NCBI GenBank assembly: GCA_030390025.1
Contig: CM059431.1
Coordinates: 122,204,001 to 122,268,000, forward strand
DNA: 64,000 nucleotides
From: Squalus acanthias
Lineage: Eukaryota
Reading direction: 5' to 3'
Notes under the pieces: model-generated
What the model saw: only the letters and a program-made list of their open reading frames with translations
What the model was told of the DNA's origin: nothing
The model's database searches: none
In this document: positions 22,671-35,978 of the stretch, piece after piece
How positions within the stretch are numbered: position 1 is the stretch's first letter
How the letters are laid out: the number at the start of each line of letters is the position of its first letter
Translations under genes and position numbers: made by a program

Positions 22671-25600
22671 CTAGAAGCGGCTTGCTATCAGCCGTTGACG
22701 GACGGCCCTTGCAGTGTCAACATTGTGGGCCTCCCTCCCGCCTTGGTGCTGCTGATGATCATCCTCCTCCACTTCTTCCTCCTCTTCCTCCTCCTCCTCC
22801 AGTGGTGCTCCAAGGCCTAGTGGCATTGGCTGGGTCCTGAGGATTGCCAGGTTATGCAGCATAGAAACATAGAAACATAGAAAATAGGTGCAGGAGTAGA
22901 CCATTCGGTCCTTCGAGCCTGCACCGCCATTCAATGCGTTCATGGCTGAACATGCTACCTCAGTAACCCATTCCTGCTTTCTCGCCATACCCCTTGATCC
23001 CCCTAGTTGTGAGTATTATATCTAACTCCCTTTTGAATATATTTAGCGAACTGGCCTCAACAACCTTCTGTGGTAGAGAATTCCACAGATTCACCACTCT
23101 CTGGGTGAAGAAGTTCCTCCTCATCTCAGTCTTAAAGGGCTTCCCCTTTATCCTTAGACTGTGACCCCTGGTTTTAGTTTTCCCTAACATTGGAAACATT
23201 CTGCCCGCATCTAATTTGTCTAAACCAGTCAGGATTTTAAACGTCTCTATAAGATCCCCCCTCATTCTTCTGAACTCCAGAGGATACAAGTTCAGTTGAT
23301 CCAGTCTTTCTTGATATGTCAGTCTGGCCATCCCAGGAATCAATCTAGTGAACCTTCATTGCACTCCCTCAATAGCAAGAATGTCCTTCCTCAAGTTAGG
23401 AGACCAAAACTGCACACAATACTCCAGGTGTGGCCTCACCAAGGCCCTGTACAACTGTAGCATCACCTCCCTACTCCTGTACTCAAATCCCCTTGCTATG
23501 AAGGCCATCATGCCATTTGCTTTCTTGACTGCCTGCTGCACTTGCCTTCCCACCTTCAGTGACTGATGTACCATGACGCCCAGGTCTCGTTGCACCTCCC
23601 CTTTCCCTAATCTGCCACCATTCAGGTAATAGTCTGCCTCCCTATTTTTACCACCAAAGTGGATAACCTCACATTTATCCACATTGTACTTCATCTGCCA
23701 TACATTTGCCCATTCACCTAACCTGTCCAAGTCACTCTGTAGCCTTCTAGCATCCTCCTCATTGTTCACACTGCCTCCCAATTTAGTGTCATCCGCAAAT
23801 TTGGAGATATTACAATTAATCCCTTCGTCCAAATCATTAATATATAATGTAAACAGCTGGGGCCCCAGCACCGAACCCTGCGGTACCCCGCTGGTCACTG
23901 CCTGCCATTCTGAAAAGTACCCATTTACTCCTACTCTTTGTTTCCTGTGTGCCAACCAGTTCTCAATCCACGTCAACACATTACCCCCAATCCCATGTGC
24001 TTTAACTTTGCACACCAATCTCTTGTGTGGGACCTTGTCGAAGGCCTTCTGAAAGTCCAAATACACCACATCTACTGGTTCCCCCCCGTCCACCCTATTG
24101 GAAACATCCTCAAAAAATTCCAGAAGATTTGTCAAGCATGATTTCCCTATCACAAATCCATGCTGACTTGGACCTATCATGTCGCCACTTTCCAAATGGT
24201 CTGTTATGACATCTTTAATAATTGATTCCATCATTTTACCCACCACCGATGTCAGGCTGACCGGTCTATAATTCCCTGCTTTCTCCCTCCCTCCTTTTTT
24301 AAAAAGAGGGGTTACATTAGCCACCCTCCACTCCTTCGGAACTGATCCAGAGTCTAAGGAATGTTGGAAAATGATCGTCAATGCATCCACTATTTCCAAG
24401 GCCACCTCCTTAAGTACTCTGGGATGCAGACCATCAGGCCCTGGGGATTTATCAGCCTTCAGTCCCATCAATTTCCCCAACACCTTTTCCCGACTGATAA
24501 GGATTTCCCTCAGCTCCTCCTTCTTACCAGATCCTTTGATCTCTTTTATTTCCGGAAGGTTGTTTGTGTCCTCCACAGTAAACACCGAACCAAAGTACTT
24601 GTTCAATTGATCAGCCATTTCTTTGTTCCCCATTATGACTTCCCCTGTTTCTGACTGCAGGGGACCTACGTTTGTTTTTACTAACCTCTTTCTTTTTACA
24701 TATTTGTAGAAGCTTTTGCAATCCGTTTTAATGTTCTCCGCAAGCTTCCTTTCATATTTTATTTTCCCTGCCCTAATCAAACCCTTCGTCCTCCTCTGCT
24801 GAGTTTTAAAGTTCTCCCAGTCCCTGGGTTTGCTGCTACTTCTGGACAATTTGTATGCCACTTCCTTGCTTTTAATACTATCCCTGATATCCCTTGTTAG
24901 CCATGGTTGAGCCACCTTCCCTTTTTTATTTTTACGCCAGACAGGGATGTACAATTGCTGTAGTTCATCCATGCGATCTCTAAATGTCTGCCATTGCCCT
25001 TCCACTGATAACCCCTTAAATATCGCTTGCCAATCTAACCTCGCCAATTCACGCCTCATACCCTCAAAGTTGCCCTTATTTAAGTTCTGGACCATGGTCT
25101 CTGAATTAACTGTTTCCTTCTCCATCCTAATGTAGAACTCCACCATACTATGGTCACTCTTCCCCAAGGGGCCTCGCACCACAAGATTGCTGATTAGTCA
25201 TTCCTCATTACACAACACCCAGTCCAGGATGGCCTCCCCTCTAGTTGGTTCCTCAACATATTGGTTTAGGAAACCATCCCTTAAACACTCCAGGAAATCC
25301 TCCTCCACCGTATTGCTTCCAGTTTGAGTAGCCGAATCTATATGCATATTAAAGTCACCCATGATAACTGCTGCGCCTTTTTTGCATGCACCTCTGATTT
25401 CCTGTTTCATACCCTCCCCCACCTCACTACTACTGTTTGGAGGTCTGTACACAACCCCCACTAACGTTTTCTGCCCTTTGGTGTTCTGCAGCTCAACCCA
25501 TATTGATTCCACATCCTCGAAGCTAATGTCCTTCCTAGCTATTGCATTAATCTCCTTTTTAATCAGCAATGCTACCCCACCCCCTTTTCCTTTTATTCTA

Positions 25601-27430
25601 TCCTTCCTGAATGTTGAATACCCCTGGATATTCAGTTCCCAGCCTTGATTGTTCTGGAACCACGTCTCTGTAATCCCAATCACATCATATCCATTAACAT
25701 CAATTTGCACAGTCAATTCATCCACCTTATTACGGATACTCCTTGCATTAAGACACAGAGCCTTTAGGCTTGTTTTATTAACACCCTTTGTCCTTTTAGA
25801 CTTATGATTTAGTATGGCCCTTTGTGTTTCTTGCCTTTGTTTACTCGGATTTCCCTTATTGTTTCTCACCCTTCTAACATTTGTTTCTGACTGCATATTA
25901 CTTCCCCCTGTTTCGCTACATAGGTTCCCATTCCCCTGCCATATTAGTTTAAATCCTCCCGAACTGCCTTAGCAAATATTACCCCGAGGACATCGGTTCC
26001 AGTCCTGCCCAAGTGCAGAGCGTCCCTTTTGTACAGGTCCCACTTCCCCCAGAACTGGTTCCAATGCCTCAGGTATTTGAATCCCTCCCTCCTGCACCAC
26101 TGCTCAAGCCACGTATTTAATCTTGCTATCCTGTTCATGCTACTCTGATTAGCACGTGGCACTGGTAGCAACACAGAGATTACTACCTTTGAGGTCCTAC
26201 TTTTCAATTTAGCTCCTAGCTCCCTAAATTCTGCTTGTAGGACCTCTTCCCGCTTTTTACCTATATCGTTGGTACCTACATGCACCACGACAGCTGGCTC
26301 TTCACCCTCCCTTTCCAGAATGTTCTGCAGCCGCTCCGAGACATCCTTGACCCTTGCACCAGGGAGGCAACATACCATCCTGGAATCTCGGTTGCGGCCA
26401 CAGAAACTCCTGTCTATTCCCCTTACAATTGAGTCCCCTATCACTATAGCTCTACCACTCTTTTTCCCACCCTGCTGTGCAGCAGAGCCAGCCATGGTGC
26501 CATGAACCTGGCTGCTGGTGCAGCACACAACTATGAAGAGGGAGACTCGCTCAGGCGAGTACTACAGGGCTCCTCGTGAGTGGTCCAGACAGCTGAACCG
26601 TTGCTTGAGCACGCCGATCGTCTGCTCAACGATGTTCCTGGTGGAGAGATGGCTCTCATTGTACCACAGCTCAGCAGGGGTGTTGGGGTTACAGAGCGAT
26701 GTCATCAGCCAGGTGCACAGTGGATAACCCTTGTCCCCGAGGGGCCAACCACTTGGCTGCTGCGGTGCCTGGAAAAGTTCTGGCACAGCAGTCTGGCGCA
26801 GGATGAATGCATCATAGCTGCTGCCAGGATAGCAGGTATTGACAGCGAGTATCAGCTATCTGTGGTCACAGTCCAACTGGATGTTTAAGGAGTGGAATCC
26901 CTTGCTGTTGCGGAAATCCTCTGCATTCTCATGCGGTGCACGCAATGCCACATGCGTGCAGTCAATGGCGCCCTGCATCATGGGGAAGCCCACTATCCTC
27001 GCAAAGCCCATAGTGCGTTCATGCTTCTTGGCCGGGGTCATGGGGAAAGAGATGTGCTCTCGTCTCCTTTTATAGAGGGCATTTGTGACCTGACGGATAC
27101 AGCAATGGACCGCGAACTGGGAGATATTGGCAATGTCCCCAGTAGCTGCTTGAAAGGAGCCGGTGGCATAAAAGTTCAGAGCCACTGTGACCTTCACTGC
27201 CACCGACAGAGACGTCCTGGTCCTCAGTAGAGGCTGCAGATCTGGCAGAGCTTAGGGACGACCTCCTTGCTGAAGTGCAGCCGGTGCAAACACTGCTCCT
27301 CAGACATATTAATGTATGAGAATTGTTGGCGAAATACCCTGGGAGGGTAAGGTCTTCTGTACAGAGACCTGTTGGCCCTCCTCCGTCTGGCCATGATTGC
27401 CACTCTCTCTCTGCATCTATGTTGCATCCG
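22671..27430 (-). pseudogene. HARBI1-like DDE transposase, frameshifted and split by a CR1 (pieces ~27430-26520 and 22860-22671)
   Basis: VAVKVTVALNFYATGSFQ, GAIDCTHV, NSKGFHSLNIQ, LGDKGYPL, VEQTIGVLKQRF; VVCC|MLHNLA spans the insertion. Confidence 0.9.
22861..26519 (-). mobile_element. CR1 LINE (ORF1 esterase part 25944-26519; ORF2 broken into 25198-25896, 23356-25182 and 22960-23343)
   Basis: GDS/GTND esterase motifs; APE and RT motifs; (TTTCTATG)n tail at 22861. Confidence 0.95.
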
Positions 27431-28080
27431 AATCTGTAGGTGCAGGACGATGCCCCGAATCAGTGCAGCCCCCAAAGTCTCTTGGTAATCAAAGTAATGA
27501 AGGCCAAAATCCAAAAGTACCTGCAAAGTGATGCTCAGTAGCCAAAACTACTTGACACAGCATTGACTCTATGCAGAAGTCTCTCCTTCTCTCTCTCAGA
27601 ATCTCTCTCTCTGTCAGAATGATTGGTGCAAAAATGTCTACCACAGAAAAAGCCAGGAAGAGGCCCCCTTTAAATAGCGCCCCCCCCCCCAGCCCCACAC
27701 CAACTGGGAAACGTTCCAGTCTACCTGTCGTTGCTTGCGCCAGGCGGAAAGGAGGGGGGTGCCACTCAATACCTGGTCCGGGGCGCCACAAGGGCGTTGC
27801 ACGCTCGACTGACATCAAGATCTGCAGGCGCAGGAGATCGGGGCGGTATTGTTTAGCACCGCCGCAAAATGTCTGGTCAATTTCGCGAGCAGCGCAGACA
27901 TCGCTGTGCCTGGGCGTTAGTTGCTTTGCGCCCCATTAGCGCCCTCTTAAGGCGCTAATGGGAGGCGCAAACCAACTGAATTTTTCCACCATCATGTTTA
28001 ACATCCAGTAAATGTGAAGAAGTACAGGCATTGGTGGAAAATATTGGACATATTTAGTAGAGATCATAGGGAAAGGTAAG

Positions 28081-28310
28081 GGTGGAAAAATTCAGTTGGT
28101 TAGCACCTATAGTTAGCGCCTGGTGGGGGCATTAACGGGGCGCTGATGCAGTTGCGCCGGGGCGAGGTGAATCCAGTGCCGCACGGAAAATCCGCCGGGG
28201 ACCTCAGCGCCTGGAAGATCGTGACGTCAGTGAGTGTGTAATGCTCACTGGGCGCCCGATCTGCAAAACTCATTTTTGCTCCCTGCCTTAGCAACTCCCC
28301 CAGGGCAGCA
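28081..28310. mobile_element. Isolated Harbinger terminus
   Basis: First 21 nt GGTGGAAAAATTCAGTTGGTT are the exact reverse complement of 27970-27990. Confidence 0.75.
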
Positions 28311-28311
28311 C

Positions 28312-28500
28312 CTCAGCACCTCCAAGTTCCCCTCCAAGTCACACACCATCCTGACTTGGAAGTATATCGTTGTTCCTTCATCGTCGCTGGGTCAAAATCC
28401 TGGAACTCCCTCCCTAACAGCACTGTGGGAGCACGCTCACCACACGGATTGCATTGGTTCAAGAAGGCAGCTCACCACCACCTTGAACGAATAAAAAAAA
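28312..28500 (+). mobile_element. 3' fragment of a second CR1-group LINE family (family B)
   Basis: CAGCACCTCCAAGTTCCCCTCCAAGTCACACACCATCC is shared with 59590-59760 and 62380-62550. Confidence 0.8.
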
Positions 28501-28536
28501 AATTGCAGAGTTTTGTGTTTGGGGAGTGAATATCAT

Positions 28537-29255
28537 GGCCCATATTTTCCAATCGGAGGATTCCTGGAAAAATTCTACGAACTTACCTGAGGGCTCCCGA
28601 GGCCTCTCTAAACTCGAAATGTGCAGGGCCCAGGTATCCCAGTGGCACAGACAGTTCGCAAGCATCCCTGGGATCACGTGGGCCATGGGGAACCAATAAG
28701 AGAAGGGAATCTCCCTTCATACACTTGACAGATCGACCTGTCAAATATATGAATGGAGATCACCCCTAATACACAGTAAAACATTAAATACATTTTTAAA
28801 AAACCATCACGTTTTTAAAATGAGTTGAAATTACAATAAATTAAATATTTTAAACAAAAATTTAATTTTTTGTAAAAATTAATTAAAGTTTTTTACGGGG
28901 CTAAAAATAAACTTACCTTTTTTAAAAGTATTTTTAAATTATAAATGAGTGGAAAAATGTTTTTTTTTACTTTTTTCAACTCTTATGCTGGTAAAAGAAG
29001 GCCTTACGCCTGCTTTTACCAAGCATAAGATTTCTAAGGGTTTTCTGCGGGCAGAGGTTCTCCAGAAAGCGGAACTATCCGCCCGCAGAGGCCCTTCTCT
29101 AGGGCAGGCGTCCGATCTGTCAAGAATGCTCTTGACAGATCGGAAATGCCGGTTTTCAGCGCATGCGCTGTGCATGCCTGAAACCGGCATTTTCAATGTC
29201 CCTACGGGTGTGTACACAACGCGTACACACCCGTAGGCATCGGAATATATGGCCC
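28537..29255 (-). mobile_element. MITE family A, copy 3 (divergent subfamily)
   Basis: GGCCCATATTTTCC / GGAATATATGGCCC TIRs; TSD CAT; shares the AAATAAACTTACC and GCGCATGCGC motifs. Confidence 0.85.
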
Positions 29256-29959
29256 CATAAATCTGTGTGCATGCCTCTCTGTCCGCCATGATCTTCAAAT
29301 TCTGGAGATGCACTGCTCGCCTGTGTGCCGGCAGCACTGAAAATGAAAATTTAGCCACTGTGTCCACATTCCCTTTCAATTAATTCCTTCATATGACATT
29401 TTGATAAATGTACTTTCTGTATATGCACTTTACCTGGTGATGTACAAAGGATTTCTACTGTTAGTTAAACTTTAATAAAGCTTATTTCAAAAATAACAGT
29501 GAATTAATATTCAGTACTCTAAAACATGGAATGCTTTGAACGCTATTTAGTCCTGATGTCCTGAGGGTTTGCAAAGACCCAATGTTCATTACAAAGTGCA
29601 GCTTCAGACTCACAGAATTCTTCCTGAAGGTTACATTTGTTAATATTAGAAATGCTTATCCAGCTTTGTACATGATATGAGAATTCCACTAACCACTTGC
29701 ATTGCTAAAGCAGGATGACCATGGAAAGAATTCAGAGTTTCTGCTTCAGGCGTAATTGACGATTCTGATGCCCAAAATTGCGGCCGTTTTGAAAAGTGCT
29801 TTTTTCCACGAGTTTCCGCTCAAACCCATTTGCATACTGTTGAATCCAAAATCTGCCATGAACCAACCCAATCGGGCAGTGGTTTAAAATTATTTTTTTA
29901 TTTTACTTTAAAAAAAATTCCTTCATATATTTATGATTGGTAACTTGGTGACAGTTGAT

Positions 29960-32900
29960 TAAAAGAGCTGAAAATAGGTTTATCACAAAAAATAAGCTGG
30001 AGAGTGAGGATGTCCTGGAGGGGTCAAGGACAGAATCTATGTGGCTAAAGTTAAGAAATAATAGAGGTGCCATTACACTACTAGGTGTATTCTATAGGCT
30101 ACCAACTAGTGGGAAAAATATGGAGGACCAAATTTCCAAAGAAATTACAGAGAGATGCAAGAAGTTTGGAGTAGTGATAATGGGGGACTTCAACTATTCT
30201 AATATGGACTGGGATAGTAATAATGTAAAGGGCAGAGAGGAGGAAGAATTTCTGAAGTGTGTTCAGGAGAAATTTCTTGATCAGTATGTTTCCGGCCCTA
30301 TGAGGAAGGAGGCATTGCTGGATCTGGTTCTGGGGAAAGAGGTAGGACAAGTGGAGCAAGTGTCAGTTGGTAAACATTTAGGGAACAGTGATCATATTAT
30401 CATAAGGTTTAGATAAGCTATGGAAAAGGATAGGGAGCAATCTAGAGTTAAAATACTTAATTGGAGGAAGGCCAATTTCAGTGGGATGAGAACGGATCTG
30501 GCCGGGTAAATTGGAATCAAAGATTGGCAGGCAAAACTAACTGTAATTGAACAATGGGCTGCCTTTAAAGAGGAAACAGTTTGGGCACAGTTGAGGTACA
30601 TTCCCACTAAGGGAAACATATGGCAACTAAAGTCAGAGCTCCCTGGATGATGAAAGAGATAGACAGCAAGATGAAGCAGAAAAAGAGCGCGTATGACAGA
30701 TGTCAGATCAAGAATATATCTGAGAATCAGAAAGTTCAGAGGAGAAGTGAAAAAGAAACTAAGAGGGGCAAAGAGAGGGTATGAGAATAGGATGGCAGCT
30801 AACATAAAAGGTAATCCAAAGTCTTCTACAGGCATATAAATAGTAAACAGATAGTAAGAGGAGGGGTGGGGCCAATTAGGGATGAAAAAGGAGACCTCTG
30901 CATGGAGGCAGAGAGTATGGCTGAGATGTTAAATGGGTATGTTGCCTCTGTCTTCACCAAGGAAGATGTTGCATAGACATAGTGAAGGAGGAGGTAGAGG
31001 AAATACTGGATGGGATAAAAAATTGCTAAAGCGGAGGTACTAGAAATGCTGGCTGTACTTAAAGTAGATAAGTCACCAGGACCAGATGGGATACATCCTA
31101 GGACCCTGAGGGAAGTGAAGGAAGAAATCGCAGAGGTACTGGCCATAATATTCCAATCCTCCTTAAAAACTGGGGTGGTGCCAGAGGACTGGAGAATTGC
31201 AAATGTTACACCCTTGCTCAAAAAAGTGTGTTAAGATAAACCCAGCAACTGCAGGCCAGTCAGTTTAACCTTGGTAGTGGGGAAGCTATTAGAAACAATA
31301 ATCAGGGACAAAGTTAACAGTCACTTGGACAAGTGTGGAATAGTTAAGGAAAGCCAGCATGGATTTGTTAAAAGCAAATCGTGTTTAACCAACTTGATCG
31401 AGTTTCTTGTTGAGGTAACAGAGAGGGTTGATGAGGGCAATGCGGTTGACGTGGTGTACATGGATTTCCAGAAGGCATTCGACAAAGTGCCACATAATAG
31501 GCTTGCCAGCAAAGTTGAAACCCATGGAATAAAAGGGACAGTGGCAGCCTGGATATGAAATTGGCCAAGTGACAGAAAACAGAGAGTAGTAGTGAATGGT
31601 TGTTTTTTGGACTGGAGGAAGGTATACAATGGTGTTCCCCAGGGGTCGGTACTAAGACCACTGCTTTTCTTGATATATATTAATGACTTGGATGTGGGTG
31701 TACAGGGCACAATTTCAAAATTTGCAGATGACACAAAACTTGGTGTATAGTGAACAGTGAGGAGGATAGTGATAGACTTCAAGAGGACATAGACAGGCTG
31801 GTGAAATGGGCAAACACGTGGCAGATGATATTTAATGCAGAAAAGTGCAAAGTGATGTGAAGGAATAAGCCATATAACCTATTCAGAAAAATACACTATC
31901 TTATGAAAGAATTCTGGCCTTATTAAACATGACAAACTGGGTTTGGAAATTTAGAAACCTAACTATAAAATAGCTATGAAAGAATTCTGGCTATTGAGAT
32001 AAAACAGTTGTTGACCCTGAATAAATAACCTTATTGAAATAGAAGGTGCATGGCTCCGACAGGCTGACCTTTGGGAGCAAAATCAATGGTTCACCCTGGA
32101 TAAGGTGTTCTAATTTAAACTTCGTAAAGATGGCACATAAGATAAGGAACATCTGCCCTCATAAAGATGATATAAAATAAGGAACACCTGCCTTTCACAT
32201 CATTCTATATGGTAAACTCAGAACACCTTAAGATGAGACAAGGTTCTGTAATATTACAAGCTGATGTGGCAGTAAGAATTGCAAAGGTCGGCAGAAAGAT
32301 GAATAGGGATAATTAAATTGGGTCAGTAGAAACTTTAAAGGAAATACCACTGAAAAAGGGTATAAATATTGAAGTTTCAAATGGGATAGCAGACTCGCTT
32401 TAATCGGGCAAAGCGATTCTCAGCTACAGAGGCGACTCTGTAGTCTCCAACTCTTTGTACCTCGGGGATCAAAGGTATTTGATATTGATGGATATCCTGT
32501 ATAGAAAACTTTAAGAACTGTAATACTGTAGCGAAGTAAAGATTTAAAAGTAAGATTTTCTGTTAATAACAAGATAGTATTTTTTCTCACGTTATAACTG
32601 TTAATGTTGTGATTGACTGATTCACCAACTGTAAACTGTGTGTTGGTTCTTCCATAAATCTCTATATATTTTTAGAATTGTCTCACATAAGTCTTCTGTA
32701 TCAATAACTTGCAAACTCAATTTCTGTACACTCTTTGGTGAAGAGTTACAGAATTCTGAGGGAGTTTTCCAGACCCTCATAATATCCGGGACTTTACAGT
32801 CTAGCTAAACTTATTAAAAGCGCTATCTGGAGGACGGTAACATTCTCGGGTTGTTCCTTTCCTTTAGGGAGAGATAGCCCGGACCTTCAGACCCAATTAA

Positions 32901-33690
32901 CCGTCTTTAGGATTCGGCTACCTCAAACATTTTGGTAGAAAGAATGAAGAGAGGAAATATCAACTAAAGGGTACAATCCTAAAGCAGGTGCATGAACAAA
33001 GAGACCTAGGGGTATATGTGCACAAATTATTGAAGGTGGCAAGGTAGGTTGAGAAAGCAGTTAAAATAGCTTACAGGATCCTGGGCTTCATGAATAGAGG
33101 TATAGAGTAAAAAAGCATAGAAATTATGATGAACCTGTATAAAACACTGGTTTGGCCTCAACTGGAGTATTGTGTCCAATTCTGGGCACTGCACTTTAGG
33201 AAGGATGTGAAGGCCTTAGAGAGGGTGCAGAAAAGATTTACGAGAATGGTTCCAGGGAATGGTTTCAGTTACGTGCATAGACTGGAGAAGCTAGGGTTGT
33301 TCTCCTTAGAGCAGAGAATATTGAGAGATTTCATAGAGGTGTTCAAAATCATGAGGGATCTAGACAGAGTAGAGAGAGAGAAACTGTTCCCATTGGCAGA
33401 AGGGGCAAGAACCAGAGGACACAGAAGAACCAAAGGCGACATGATGAAAAACTTTTTTACTCAGTGAGTGGTTACGATCTGGAATGCACTGCCTGAAAGG
33501 GTTGTGGAGGCAGACCCAATCATGGCTTTCAAAAGGGAGTTGGATAAGTACCTGAAGGAAAATAATTTGCAAGGCTACGGGGAGAGGGCGGGGGAGTGGG
33601 ACTAGCTGAAGTGATCTTGCAGAGAGCTGGCACAGGCTCGACGTGCCGAATGGTCTCCTTCCGTGCTTTAACCATTCTATGATTCTATAA
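29960..33690 (+). mobile_element. Degenerate CR1 ORF2 and 3' end, interrupted by an LTR-like insertion
   Basis: [28 protein letters not shown] and LEYCVQFW fragments with many stops; (TTCTATGA)n tail. Confidence 0.9.
31858..32925 (+). mobile_element. Solo-LTR-like insertion (~1.07 kb)
   Basis: Interrupts CR1 between AAGTGAT and ACATTTTGG; TGAAGG...CCTCA ends; TATAAAT at ~32361; short internal direct repeats; no clear TSD. Confidence 0.55.
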
Positions 33691-33700
33691 GCAATTTTAT

Positions 33701-35429
33701 GGGGAATTTTGCGGGCGTGATTGGTGGCTGGTCGGGTGGGAAAATGTTTTATTTTGACAGCGGGTTAACCCACCACCACGCGCCTTTCCCAAATGTTGGG
33801 TCTGCCAACACTGAGCAGATCTGACAAGCAGCGGCGGGGGAGGCAATTGAAATCATTAGTGGTTTGTTTACAGCCACTTATCAATGGATTTTTCCCAGCT
33901 TTTTGATTTTGACAGGCCGCCCACTGGTTTCACACTGTGCCTAGACCTTGTCTGTGAAGCTGAGGTGGGAGGTCAGTGGCCATTGAATCAGCTGATGAGT
34001 TGACAGTTTCAAATGTCAAGTCAAAGCGCCCAGTTGAATCAAATATCTTCCCTTAGCCATTAGCTTCTCTAAACTGTATTTCCACTACAGATTCAGAATG
34101 CTGCAAGTCTTTACACAAGTCTCCATCCAGTCTCACCTCATTACTTCTCCCACTATTGACAGATCGCTTCTGTCATCTCTACTTCCCCTTCCATCTATTC
34201 CATCAGCATTGGTACACTGAAATCATCTCACCTTGGTCCTCAGAGACCCACTACAATCAGCCTCAGCACCAGGCACACCAGCAGCACCAAAAACAACACC
34301 AACCTTCTCCACAATCAATGGATACTGCACAGGACACAGGGCATCAGCACCCGACCACATTGCTGCCCGGGAGGCCAGGGATGGCCTCACCATGGTCACA
34401 TTTACTTCACTTGACACTGTACACCATGGCTGCCACATGATGCGCCAGGTTGGCACCACTCCACACCAACACCATAAAGCATCCCTACAATGCCCAAGCT
34501 ATTCCTTTCACACTCACCATTGCGCGGGGTACTGTTATGTCTCACCATTCACTGCAACTCACTAAGCCACTTCCAAAGGTGCACACAAATCTGTCCAAAA
34601 CGCAAAGTGTTGAAAATAAAGTTTTCAATGTTTGACAACACATCAACAGAAACTTTACATGAACATTGCATAAAACACCCAAGTGCCTACCCTTGTGTGT
34701 TGTTAGTTGGTATGATTGGACTAGGATGAGGGTGAGTGTGAGGGGTGGCTAATGAGATGAGAAATGATAATGTAGATAGAGAGGGATGGGTGGAGGTGCA
34801 AGGTAAGTTGGTATGAATAAGGATGTGCAGGAGTAGGGTAGGGAAGGCAGAGTGATGGGGATGTGATGAGTGGCACAGCAGGATAAGGTTGAGTGTAGCT
34901 TTGCAGTAACATTTCATGATCTACTGAGATCATTGAATGGTTTGCGCCACTGCAGCCAGGTCCACCTGATGACATCGCTGCTTGTGTCCTCCTGTGCAAT
35001 GTGCAACCAGGCTGTGTTGGTGTCCTGGGGAGGTCTCTTCCGCCCATGGGAAGGGAATAGGACCTCCCTGTATGCTGTGACTCCCTCCATAAGCATATGG
35101 AGGGAGTCTGGGAGGGCCCGGCTGCAGCCGTGCACCTCTGCGCAATGTTTGTCAGTGTTTGCAGCACCTCAATGCCGTAGAACACTGATCGCACAAATGT
35201 GAAAATTAATTTGCGCATGGTCCCTTTAAGGAAACCGGCTGATAACGAGTCATCAAATGACATCATCAGACCCGCTTCCTTCAATTGGCCGGCAAATGCG
35301 CTGAGTGGGCTTAACGAGCCCAATCAGGGGAAAATCATTTTGTACAGCGGGCTGGAGCCGGCAGCAAGGCCAGGACCAGCCACCAAAGCCGCCCGCCACG
35401 GACCCACCGAGGTTGATAAAATCCAACCC
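33701..35429. mobile_element. Harbinger deletion derivative with a Myb-domain remnant (34914-35135, minus strand)
   Basis: GGGGAATTTT...AAAATCCAACCC ends; REVLFPSHGRKRP...AWLHIAQ...TWLQWRKPFNDLSRS. Confidence 0.7.
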
Positions 35430-35660
35430 TTAATCATACTGTCAATCCACCACCTCTGAGTAACACCATTTAAAACAAAAATCACATTTGAAAGCTTTTA
35501 AAAACACCTTTTAGTGTCCTTGCGCCCAAAAGAATCAGCTTATTTTTTAGAGTCTCCTCGAAGGCCTGCAAATGTGTGCAATTAGTGAAAACCCTCAATG
35601 GTGATTAATTCACCTGGGGCCATGGCCACTTTTTGGGCGGGGTGTACTTCTAGTACAATG

Positions 35661-35890
35661 GCCGGAATTTTGCCCACCTGGGCGGTTCCAGTGCGGGCCG
35701 TGGCCATGGTGGGTCGCGACCCCGCTGCTGTCTCCATCCCGCTGCAGAAAATGAACTTACCTTAATGGGGCCCATTAAGCCCGCCCAGCGCATTACCCGG
35801 CCCAATTAATAGAGTGGGTTTGGTAACATCATTCATGATGCTTTTTCAGCCGGGATCCTTAAAGGGACCATGGCCACATTGCATTTTAAG
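35661..35890. mobile_element. Harbinger-type terminal fragment
   Basis: Begins GGCCGGAATTTT, the same as the TIR at 1616; GC-rich subterminal region. Confidence 0.5.
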
Positions 35891-35978
35891 TTTAATCTAA
35901 CAAAGTGGTTGTTGAATCTTTATTCTACAATAATATAATAAAAGTTATGTATGAGTGAGAAAGAAATATTTAAATAAT

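Larger units (their letters stand above)
20071..27990. mobile_element. Full-structure PIF/Harbinger DNA transposon (two convergent genes) with a nested CR1
   Basis: TIRs GGGGGAGAAATTCAGT and GGTGGAAAAATTCAGT (reverse complement); TSD ATC on both sides; Myb gene on +, transposase on -. Confidence 0.93.

Noticed and set aside
22671..22988. 105-aa ORF with a poly-Glu run
   Set aside because: Chimera of the CR1 tail and the transposase C-terminus.
20432..27430. Host HARBI1/NAIF1 gene pair
   Set aside because: The genes lie between TIRs with a TSD, the transposase is disrupted and related copies occur nearby, so this is a transposon.
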